Assembly: GCA_963747235.1 (NCBI GenBank)
Contig: CAVVEU010000037.1
Span: forward strand, 1 to 20,935
Direction of reading: 5' to 3'
Length of the DNA: 20,935 nucleotides
Source of the DNA: an uncultured Candidatus Rokubacteria bacterium
Lineage (GTDB): Bacteria > Methylomirabilota > Methylomirabilia > Rokubacteriales > CSP1-6
Shown: in pieces, positions 1 to 9,690 of the stretch
Numbering within the stretch: position 1 is the first letter of the stretch
Layout: each line of letters starts with the position of its first letter
The notes under the pieces: generated by a model
Database searches by the model: none
Seen by the model: the letters and a program-made list of their open reading frames with translations, nothing else
Told to the model about the DNA's origin: nothing
Position numbers and translations under genes: made by a program

Positions 1-1
1 G

Positions 2-1303
2 AGCGAGCTGTTCCTGCGCGCCTTCGCGCTCCGCCGCGCGCACCTCATCGCCAACACCCTGGGGGGCGTGGTGTTGATCGGCTCGGGCCATTCGGCGGAC
101 ACCCTGCGCCTCAAGGCCTTCCTGGCGCGCAACGGGCATCCGTACGTCTACCTCGACGTCGAGCGCGACCGGGATGTGGAGGCGCTGCTCGAGCAATTCC
201 GGATCGGGCTCGCGGACATCCCGGTGCTGCTGTGCCGCGACCGGGGCCGGGCCCTGCGCAACCCGAGCAACGTGGAGGTCGCCGCCGCGCTCGGCCTCAA
301 CCCCGAGCTCGACGACGCGCACGTGCACGACCTCGTCGTGGTGGGCGCGGGGCCGTCCGGTCTGGCCGCGGCGGTTTACGCGGCGTCCGAAGGGCTCGAC
401 GTGCTCGTCCTGGAGACCAGCGCCCCGGGCGGCCAGGCGGGGTCGAGCTCCCGGATCGAGAACTACCTGGGCTTCCCCGGGGGTATCTCCGGCCAGGACC
501 TGGCCGACCGCGCGTTCCTCCAAGCCAAGGAGTTCGGGGCGAACCTGGCGGTGGCCCGGGTGGCGGTGGGGCTCGCCTGCGCGGACCGGCAGCTCCGCAT
601 CACGTGCGCCGATGGCGGGACGGTGCAGGGCCACGCGGTCGTGGTGGCCACCGGCGCGGCCTACCGCAAGCTCGCCGTGCCCGAGCTCGGCCGGTTCGAG
701 GGCAACGGCGTGTACTACGGCGCCACGCAGGTGGAGGCGCAGCTCTGCGACGGTGAGGAGATCGCGGTGGTGGGCGGCGGCAACTCGGCCGGGCAAGCCG
801 CGGTGTTCCTGTCCGGCATCGCGAAGCACGTGCACCTGCTGGTGCGGGGCGCCGGGCTCGTGGACAGCATGTCCCGGTACCTCATCGGCCGCATCGAGGA
901 GAGCGCGGCGATCACGCTCCGGCCCTACACGCAGATCGAGGCCCTCGAGGGTGACGGGCGGCTGCAGCGCGTCTGGTGGCGGAGCGCCAAGGCGTCGGAC
1001 CGCGAGCGCCGCGACATCCGCCACGTCTTCTCCATGACCGGCGCCGACGCGAACACCGCCTGGCTCGGCGGCTGCGTGGCGCTCGACGCGCAGCGCTTCG
1101 TCAGGACCGGCCTGGACCTCACGCCCGAGGATCTGGAGACGGCGCAGTGGCCGCTCGCCCGCCGGCCCCACCAGTTCGAGACCAGCCTGCCCCGCGTGTT
1201 CGCAGTCGGCGACGTCCGGGCGGGGAGCATGAAGCGCGTGGCGTCCGCGGTGGGCGAGGGCTCGGCCGCGGTCCAGCTCGTGCACAAGGTCCTGGCGGAG
1301 TGA
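2..1303 (+). CDS. Thioredoxin-reductase-like FAD-dependent pyridine nucleotide-disulfide oxidoreductase (probably the cNMP-domain-fused family), 5' truncated by the window edge
   Basis: The frame is open from base 2 (SELFLRAFALRRAHL...). Motifs: FAD-binding VVGAGPSG, GGQAGSSSRIENYLGFP, ATG, NAD(P)H-binding VVGGGNSAGQAA, FAVGDVR and KRVASAVGEG. YYGAT replaces the TrxR CxxC. Confidence 0.88.
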   Translation, partial: SELFLRAFALRRAHLIANTLGGVVLIGSGHSADTLRLKAFLARNGHPYVYLDVERDRDVEALLEQFRIGLADIPVLLCRDRGRALRNPSNVEVAAALGLNPELDDAHVHDLVVVGAGPSGLAAAVYAASEGLDVLVLETSAPGGQAGSSSRIENYLGFPGGISGQDLADRAFLQAKEFGANLAVARVAVGLACADRQLRITCADGGTVQGHAVVVATGAAYRKLAVPELGRFEGNGVYYGATQVEAQLCDGEEIAVVGGGNSAGQAAVFLSGIAKHVHLLVRGAGLVDSMSRYLIGRIEESAAITLRPYTQIEALEGDGRLQRVWWRSAKASDRERRDIRHVFSMTGADANTAWLGGCVALDAQRFVRTGLDLTPEDLETAQWPLARRPHQFETSLPRVFAVGDVRAGSMKRVASAVGEGSAAVQLVHKVLAE

Positions 1304-1311
1304 CCTCCGCT

Positions 1312-1647
1312 TTAGGACACGAGATGGCTCCGGACGGTCTCGTTCCGATCGGCGAGTGAGCCGCAGACCAGCCGACACAGCCGCTCGAGGGTGGGATCCG
1401 CGATCCGGTAGCGCGTGAAGAGGCCGTCACGCCGCCGGGAGACGAGTCCCTGCTCGAGGAGCAGCGCCAGGTGCTTGCTCGTGTTGGCCTGCGATGCCCC
1501 GGTGATCGCGCAGAGATCCTGCACGGTCTGCTCGCCTTCGAACATCGCCTGCAGCAGCGCGAGCCGGGTCGGATCGCCGAGCGCCCGGAAGCGCTGAGCG
1601 ATCAGCTCGAGCGCCTCCCGGGAGAGCGAGGGTTTGGTCCGCTTCAT
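1312..1647 (-). CDS. ArsR/SmtB-family repressor, probably sensing reactive sulfur (alternative GTG start at 1653)
   Basis: Winged-HTH signature FRALGDPTRL...SQANTSKHL...GLV.RRRDG...YRIAD and a C-terminal LCRLVC. It lies directly downstream of the dioxygenase-rhodanese gene. Confidence 0.88.
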   Translation of the reverse strand: MKRTKPSLSREALELIAQRFRALGDPTRLALLQAMFEGEQTVQDLCAITGASQANTSKHLALLLEQGLVSRRRDGLFTRYRIADPTLERLCRLVCGSLADRNETVRSHLVS

Positions 1648-1654
1648 GGCCACG

Positions 1655-2956
1655 TCAGCCCTTGGGCGGCGGGGGCGCGGCGCAGGTGGGCGCCGCGCCC
1701 ACCTGCGCCGCGCACACCGCCCCGCCGGCGTCGCCCAGCCGGGCCCGCGGCGCGTTCCAGGGCAGCTTCATCAGCAGGAGCCCGAGACCGCACGTTCCGG
1801 TCGCGCCCGCGAACGTCAACCCCGCTCCGAAGAAGGCGGCGAGCGCCAGAAACCATGGGCTGACCAGAAGCCCAAGGCCGACGCCGGTGAGCACCATGAC
1901 GCCGGCGATGAGCTGGACCTGGCGATCGACGGGCAGGCGCTTGCGCCCCTCGCGGAGCGGCAGCCGAGCCCGGCGCCAGGCCTGCATCCCGCCGTCGAGA
2001 ACCCGCGCCTGGAGTCCGCTCCGCGCGAGCGACTCTGCCGCGATGGTGGCCCGCACCCCGGTGCGGCACACGACGACGAGATCCGCTCCCTCGGCGATCT
2101 CGTCCCGGTGGGCATCGAGCGCCTCCAGGGGCACGTTGAGCGCGCCTTCGATGCGCTCGCTCTCGAACTCGATCGGGCTCCGCACGTCGAGGAGGAGCAG
2201 CCCGGAGCCCGGCTGGCGAAGCGCCTGGAGCTCCTCGGCCGTGATCGTCGCCGCGTCGGCCTCCCCGAGATTGTGCCGCAGGATGGCCGCCATGTTGGCG
2301 GGAGGCGCGGACTTCGCCGAGAGCCGGGCGACGAAGGCGGCCCGGTCCGGCTCGCGGAGCAGGGGATTGCTCGCCTTCTCCTCGCCGATCGTGGTCACGG
2401 CCCGGCCGACATAGTCGTGACCGGGGTGCACCACCGTGGCGTCCGGCAGGCTCTCGAAGCCCCGGAGCGTGTCGAAGAGGGCGGCGGCGCTGCCTCCCAT
2501 GAAGTCGGTCCGGCCCGCGCCACCGGCGAACAGGGCGTCCCCCGTGAAGAGGTGGCCCTCCACGAGCACCGCGAGGGAGTCCGGCGTGTGTCCCGGGGCG
2601 TCGACGATCGTCACCGTCTTCGTGCCGAGCTCGAAGGTCGCCCCGCCCTCGATCCGCCGCACCGGACCCTGGAGCTTCGAGGCCGCGTGGGCCAGCACGG
2701 TCGCGCCGGTCCGTCGGGCGAGCCGGCGCACCCCGGAGAGGTGGTCGGCGTGCGTGTGGGTGTCGAGGACGAACGTCAGACGCGCATCGTGGGCCGCGAG
2801 CGCCTCGACGAACCGGTCGACCTGGTCCAGCCGAGGGTCGATCGCCAGGACGGTGCGGCTCGTCTCGTCCACGACCAGGTAGCCCAGGCAGCCGTCGCCC
2901 GGGGCCGAAAAGGTGTCGATCGTGAGAACATCCGCCGGGCTCGCGAGCGTCGTCAT
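1655..2956 (-). CDS. MBL-fold persulfide dioxygenase + rhodanese + DUF2892 (YgaP-like membrane anchor) fusion
   Basis: MBL/ETHE1-like motifs THTHADH, PGHT, FTGDAL, GRTDF and HPGHDY. Rhodanese motifs LLDVRSPIEF and active-site CRTGVRA. C-terminal hydrophobic hairpin RQVQLIAG...FAGATGTCGL. GGAGG SD at 2966-2970 on the minus strand. Confidence 0.88.
   Translation of the reverse strand: MTTLASPADVLTIDTFSAPGDGCLGYLVVDETSRTVLAIDPRLDQVDRFVEALAAHDARLTFVLDTHTHADHLSGVRRLARRTGATVLAHAASKLQGPVRRIEGGATFELGTKTVTIVDAPGHTPDSLAVLVEGHLFTGDALFAGGAGRTDFMGGSAAALFDTLRGFESLPDATVVHPGHDYVGRAVTTIGEEKASNPLLREPDRAAFVARLSAKSAPPANMAAILRHNLGEADAATITAEELQALRQPGSGLLLLDVRSPIEFESERIEGALNVPLEALDAHRDEIAEGADLVVVCRTGVRATIAAESLARSGLQARVLDGGMQAWRRARLPLREGRKRLPVDRQVQLIAGVMVLTGVGLGLLVSPWFLALAAFFGAGLTFAGATGTCGLGLLLMKLPWNAPRARLGDAGGAVCAAQVGAAPTCAAPPPPKG
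1675..1713. repeat. Perfect 18-bp inverted repeat with 3-nt spacer inside the 3' end of the dioxygenase-rhodanese CDS
   Basis: GCGCGGCGCAGGTGGGCG-CCG-CGCCCACCTGCGCCGCGC, read directly from the sequence. Confidence 0.95.
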
Positions 2957-2977
2957 TGGCCGGTTCCTCCGAACGAA

Positions 2978-3006
2978 ACTATATAACTACATACTCAAAT
3001 AGTCAA
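2978..3006 (-). promoter_or_regulatory. Sigma70 promoter for the dioxygenase-rhodanese/arsR operon, overlapped by a putative ArsR operator
   Basis: The minus strand reads TTGACT-N17-TATAGT. The 26-bp stretch 2978-3003 is an imperfect palindrome (18/26 positions; ACTAT...ATAGT) in an AT-rich island. Confidence 0.8.
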
Positions 3007-3039
3007 GCGTGGGCCGGTCGGCGGATGTAGGATGAGCCC

Positions 3040-5340
<2,301 letters not shown>

Positions 5341-5341
5341 G

Positions 5342-5380
5342 TGTCAGCGGCGCCATCGCGAGGCTGACAGCCGACTGACA
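5342..5380. promoter_or_regulatory. Putative upstream activator site: TGTCAGC/GCTGACA inverted pair plus a second CTGACA 11 bp further on
   Basis: TGTCAGC at 5342-5348, GCTGACA at 5363-5369 and CTGACA at 5375-5380, about 80-115 bp upstream of the predicted sigma54 transcription start. Confidence 0.5.
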
Positions 5381-5431
5381 TTGCCTTCGCGCGTCATGCC
5401 CGAAGGGGTTGTATCGCAAGCAGTTTTCCTC

Positions 5432-5447
5432 TGGCGCGCTTCTTGCG
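5432..5447 (+). promoter_or_regulatory. Sigma54 (-24/-12) promoter
   Basis: TGGCGCGCTTCTTGCG against consensus TGGCACG-N4-TTGC, with exact GG-N10-GC spacing, about 20 bp upstream of ATG 5466. Confidence 0.7.
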
Positions 5448-5465
5448 ATTCCCGGACGCTCACAT

Positions 5466-6138
5466 ATGAACGCCAGCCGAACGGTCGAAGCGGAGCAGGA
5501 CGCGCGGCGATGCCCGCGCCAGCAGGTGTCCTGGCTGGTCACGGTGGCCGCGGGGGGCCGCCAGTTCCAGGGACGGACCAAGGACGTGAGCGCCTCCGGC
5601 GCCAAGATCCTCCTCAAGGAGCGGCCGGCGCTCGGCGTCGAGGTGGGCTTGTGCTTCCGCCCTCCCGGGCGCCGGCCCGTCGAGACGCGCGCGCTGGTGT
5701 GGCGGCTCGACGCCGAGGGCCTCGCGTGCATGTTCGTGGGGAGCGCAGAAGCCCGAGTTTCTCGAGGCCGTGACGCCCCGCCAGGCCGGAACAGTCCGGG
5801 TGCTCCCGCCCAGACCGGCGGGCGCCGTGCTTCTGGCCACCGTGGATACGGGCTTCCGCGCGCTGGCGCTCGACACGCTCGGGCGCAGCGGCTACACGGT
5901 GCTCGACGCGGGGTCGCAGCCGCTGCTGGCCCTGCGCATCGCGGAGGAGCATCGCGACGCGATCACGCTCATCCTGATCGCGTCGGACCTGCGGCTCATG
6001 AACGGCGAGCCGCTGGCCACGCGCCTCGCCCCGCTCCTGCCGTCGGCCAAGCTCGTGCTGATGACGACCCGTTCGACGCCGTGCACCGACGGCGAGCTGA
6101 TGGCGCAGGTCCGCCAGGCCCAGGACGGCGGCGGCTAG
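5466..6138 (+). pseudogene. PilZ domain + degenerate receiver domain protein, split by a frameshift at GGGG 5738-5741 (possibly a sequencing error)
   Basis: PilZ motifs RRCPR (RxxxR) and DVSASG (DxSxxG). Removing one G joins ACMFVG to AQKPEFLEAVTP... and a REC-like fold (VLLA..., GYTVLDA, ALRIAEEH, ITLILI, MNGEPLA, KLVLMT). Confidence 0.7.
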
Positions 6139-6610
6139 TGCCCGTTGCCCTTGACCGCCTCGCCCAGGGCCGCGGCGAGGTTGTGGTTGGCCGAGGTCAG
6201 GTGCGGGTGCACGGTGAGGGCGCGCCGGAACAGCGCCGCGGCCTCCCGGAACTGGCCCAGCGCCATGTGACAGAGCCCCTGGCCGGAGAGCGCGCCGAAG
6301 TGGTTCGGATTCCGCGCTAGCGTCTCCTCGCAGTCCGCCACCGCCCCCGCGTAGTCCTCCGCCACGTAGCGCGCCGTCGCCCGCTTGTTCCAGCCCTCGG
6401 CGAAGTCGGGCGCGCGCTCGATGATGCGGCCGAAGAGGGCGATCGCGTCCTCCAGCTCGCGGCGCTCCATCGCCTCGATGCCCTGGCGGAGGAGCCGGTC
6501 GACTCCGGAATGCCCGAGCGGCACCAGATCTCCCAGAGCGTGGCCTCGGCCCGGGCGGCCAGGACAGGGTCGGTTCCACGGAGCGCGGCGAGGGCTTCGG
6601 TCTCGGTCAT
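6135..6610 (-). pseudogene. TPR protein with a single-base frameshift near 6503 (possibly a sequencing error)
   Basis: [10 protein letters not shown]...[12 protein letters not shown] in one frame continues as [12 protein letters not shown]...PDFAEGWNKRAT...NPNHFGALSGQG in another. One missing G in GAG-GTC would restore the frame. Confidence 0.75.
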
Positions 6611-6613
6611 GCG

Positions 6614-6641
6614 CCCCCGCTCATGCACCCCCGCTCATGCA
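6614..6641. repeat. Tandem duplication of 14 bp (CCCCCGCTCATGCA x2)
   Basis: Exact copies at 6614-6627 and 6628-6641, immediately upstream of the minus-strand TPR start codon. Confidence 0.9.
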
Positions 6642-6698
6642 CTCAAGGTTACTTGACGGGGAGCCCCGTTGGCCAGATGCTGCTGCCCGGAGGCGCTG

Positions 6699-7022
6699 AT
6701 GCCGGATCAGGATCGGATCGAGGCGTTCAAGGAAGTGGTCGAGATCATGCCGGACGATCCGGTCGTGCGCTTCGGCCTCGCGGGCGCCTATCTCGACGCG
6801 GGCCAGGCCGACGCGGCGGTCGTCGAGTACGGCGAGGCCATTCGCCTCAAGCCCGACTACTCGGCGGCCCACCGCGGCTTCGGCCGGGCGCTCGAGCGTG
6901 CGGGCCGGATCGCCGAGGCCAAGGCCGCCTACGCGAAGGGCCTCGAGGTGGCGCGCACGACCGGCGATCTCCAGACCGGGAAGGAGATCGAGGTCTTCCT
7001 CCGACGGCTCGAGAAGACGTAG
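6699..7022 (+). CDS. Small TPR protein
   Basis: GGAGG SD at 6689-6693. TPR-pattern helices [14 protein letters not shown]...[14 protein letters not shown]...EAKAAY. Confidence 0.85.
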   Translation: MPDQDRIEAFKEVVEIMPDDPVVRFGLAGAYLDAGQADAAVVEYGEAIRLKPDYSAAHRGFGRALERAGRIAEAKAAYAKGLEVARTTGDLQTGKEIEVFLRRLEKT

Positions 7023-7480
7023 TGGCGATCTGGGTGGATGCCGACGCCTGCCCCCAGGTGATCAAGGAGATCCTGTACCGGGCCGCCGAGCGCGCGCAGG
7101 TGGTGACGACGCTGGTCGCCAACGCGTCCCTCCGCGTCCCGTCCTCGCCCTTCATCCGGACCCTCCGCGTGGACCACGGCTGGGACGTGGCGGACCAGCG
7201 GATCGTGGAGCAGGTGGGGCCCGGCGATCTGGTGGTGACGGCGGACATCCCGCTGGCCGCGCTCGTGATCGCGCGCGGCGCGCAGGCGTTGGACCCGCGC
7301 GGGGAGCTCTACACGGAGGACAATGTCCAGGAGCGCCTGGCGGTGCGGAACCTGATGCAGGGCCTGCGCGCGGGTGGCGACCTCATCGCCGGCCCGGCGG
7401 CGTTCTCGCAGAGCGATCGGCAGCGCTTCGCCAACCATCTCGACCACTTCCTGACGCGGCGAGGCGCCGCCGGGGACTAG
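7022..7480 (+). CDS. yaiI: YaiI/YqxD (UPF0178) family protein
   Basis: [25 protein letters not shown] and PRGELYT. The GTG start overlaps the TPR gene's TAG stop. Confidence 0.9.
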   Translation: MAIWVDADACPQVIKEILYRAAERAQVVTTLVANASLRVPSSPFIRTLRVDHGWDVADQRIVEQVGPGDLVVTADIPLAALVIARGAQALDPRGELYTEDNVQERLAVRNLMQGLRAGGDLIAGPAAFSQSDRQRFANHLDHFLTRRGAAGD

Positions 7481-8031
7481 CCGGGCGCCGGCGGGCTCTG
7501 CAAGATTGCCGGCTCGAGCGCCACGCTCTGGTCCGCGTCCGCCATGTAGATCTGGCCGTCCTGGATCGTGCACGTGACGCGCATGTTCCGCTGCGCCAGC
7601 TTCGCCAGCGCCCGGGTGGCGGCGAAGGGCAGGTTGACGACGGTCAGGTTCTCGGTGCGCTCCAGCGCGGCACCCGACTGCTCCCACCAGAGATCGGCGC
7701 CGCGCCCGCCGTAGCTGTAGACGACCACCGCCCCCGCGCGGCCGCAGGCCCGCCGGATCCGCTTCTCGTCCGGCTGTCCCACGTCGATCCAGAGATCGAT
7801 GGCGCCGGTGAGATCCTTCCGCCAGAGATCGGGCTCGTCGTCGGTGCCGAGCCCGCGGCCGAAGGCCAGCGCCTCGTGGGCGTGCCGGGCGAAGGCCAGC
7901 AGCCGCACCATCATGCGCTCGTCGGTCTCGGATGGGTGGCGCGCGATCGTGAGGGTGTGGTCGTGGTAATAGGCGCGGTCGATGTCCGCGATCTCGAGAG
8001 TGACCTTGAAGATGGTCGCGTTCTGGGCCAT
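7477..8031 (-). CDS. yaeQ: YaeQ family protein
   Basis: [33 protein letters not shown] and [13 protein letters not shown]. Confidence 0.92.
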   Translation of the reverse strand: MAQNATIFKVTLEIADIDRAYYHDHTLTIARHPSETDERMMVRLLAFARHAHEALAFGRGLGTDDEPDLWRKDLTGAIDLWIDVGQPDEKRIRRACGRAGAVVVYSYGGRGADLWWEQSGAALERTENLTVVNLPFAATRALAKLAQRNMRVTCTIQDGQIYMADADQSVALEPAILQSPPAPG

Positions 8032-8111
8032 GGGCGATACTGGCCCGCCGGCCGCGCCCGGTCAAGGAAGGCGCGGCCCATGCTATCCTCCCGTCGGGGA
8101 GGTACGGGACC

Positions 8112-9656
8112 ATGATCGTTCCACTCACGCTGGCCGACTTTCTCGAGCGCGCCGAGCTCGTCTATGGGCACCGCGAGGCGGTGGTGGACGAGCCCACTCC
8201 GCCGGGCGGCGGACTCGGGCGCTTCACCTACGCGCAGTTCGCGTCGATGGCCCGCAGCCTGGCCGGGACGCTGGACGACCTCGGCGTCGGGGAGAACGAC
8301 CGCGTCGCCATCGTCTCCCCGAACGCGGCCCGCTTCCTCATCAGCCTCTTCGGGGTCAGCGTGTTCGGGCGCGTGCTGGTGCCGGTGAACTTCCGGCTGA
8401 ACGCCGAGGAGACCCGCTACATCATCGAGCACTCCGGCTCCTCCGTGCTCCTGGTGGACCCGGAGCTGGACGAGTCCCTGCGCGACGTCAAGGTGAAGCA
8501 CCGCTTCGTGCTGGGCAGCGGCACCGACCCGCAGCTCTTCCTGCGCCGGGGCGTGACGCCGCGCCTGCGGGTGACCGACGAGAACGCGACGGTGTCCATC
8601 AACTACACCTCCGGCACCACCGCGCGCCCCAAGGGCGTGCAGCTCACCCACCGCAACTTCTGGCTCAACGCGGTCACCTTCGGCTGGCACCTGGCCATGA
8701 CCGACCGCGACGTGTACCTCCACACGCTGCCCACCTTCCACTGCAATGGCTGGGGCATGCCCTATGCGGTCACCGCCATGGGCGTCCGCCACGTGATCAT
8801 CCGGAAGATCGACGGCGAGGAGATCCTGCGCCGGGTGGAGAGTGAAGGCGTCACCCTCTTCAACTGCGCCCCCGCGGTGATCGCGGCGGTGCTCGACGCG
8901 GCCACCGCCCGTCGCGCGAAGGACGTGGCGATACCGGGGAAGGGGCGTGTCCGCGTGGTCATCGCGGGGGCGCCGCCGCCGACCAAGACCATCGAGCGCA
9001 TCGAGACCGAGCTGGGCTGGGAGTTCATCCAGATCTACGGCCTCACCGAGACCTCGCCGCTCCTGACCATCAACCGGGCGCCGGCGGAATGGGACGGGCT
9101 CGATCCGGTCGAGCGCGCGCAGCGGCTCGGGCGCGCGGGCGTGCCCGCGGTGGGCGTGCGCATGGCGGTGGACGCGGAGGGCGAGGTGCTCGCGCGCTCC
9201 AACCACGTCTTCGAGGGCTACTGGAACCAGCCCGAGGAGACCGCCAAGGCCATCGTGGACGGATGGTTTCACACCGGCGACGGCGGCTACACCGATGACG
9301 CCTTCATCGCGATCAGCGACCGGAAGAAGGACGTGATCATCACCGGCGGCGAGAACGTCTCGTCGATCGAGGTGGAGGACTGCCTTTTCCAGCACGCGGC
9401 GGTGGCCGAGGTCGCCGTGATCGGTGTCCCTGACGAAAAATGGGGCGAGACGATCAAGGCCCTCGTGGTCCTGCGGCCGGGCGTGCAGGCCACCGAGAAG
9501 GACCTGATGGAGCACTGTCGGAGCCGCATGACGCACTACAAGTGCCCGACCTCGATCGAGATCCGGGACGCGCTCGTCCGCACCGCCACCGGCAAGCTCC
9601 AGAAGTTCAAGCTGCGCGAGCCGTACTGGTCCGGCCGCACGCGGCGCGTGAACTAG
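8112..9656 (+). CDS. AMP-binding acyl-CoA synthetase/ligase
   Basis: YTSGTTARPKG, IYGLTET, WFHTGD, DRKKDVIITGGEN and TATGKLQK. Possible extended -10 TGCTATCCT at 8081-8089. Confidence 0.93.
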   Translation: MIVPLTLADFLERAELVYGHREAVVDEPTPPGGGLGRFTYAQFASMARSLAGTLDDLGVGENDRVAIVSPNAARFLISLFGVSVFGRVLVPVNFRLNAEETRYIIEHSGSSVLLVDPELDESLRDVKVKHRFVLGSGTDPQLFLRRGVTPRLRVTDENATVSINYTSGTTARPKGVQLTHRNFWLNAVTFGWHLAMTDRDVYLHTLPTFHCNGWGMPYAVTAMGVRHVIIRKIDGEEILRRVESEGVTLFNCAPAVIAAVLDAATARRAKDVAIPGKGRVRVVIAGAPPPTKTIERIETELGWEFIQIYGLTETSPLLTINRAPAEWDGLDPVERAQRLGRAGVPAVGVRMAVDAEGEVLARSNHVFEGYWNQPEETAKAIVDGWFHTGDGGYTDDAFIAISDRKKDVIITGGENVSSIEVEDCLFQHAAVAEVAVIGVPDEKWGETIKALVVLRPGVQATEKDLMEHCRSRMTHYKCPTSIEIRDALVRTATGKLQKFKLREPYWSGRTRRVN

Positions 9657-9690
9657 CCGCCTGGGGTCTGCCTCGGGCTCGGGCTGCCGC

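Noticed and set aside
5342-5449. c-di-GMP riboswitch or structured leader (three short inverted repeats) upstream of the PilZ gene
   Set aside because: I see no match to c-di-GMP-I/II consensus features. The region lies upstream of the predicted sigma54 start and is better explained as DNA sites.
6614-6641. CRISPR array
   Set aside because: Only two adjacent 14-bp copies, with no spacers and no cas genes.
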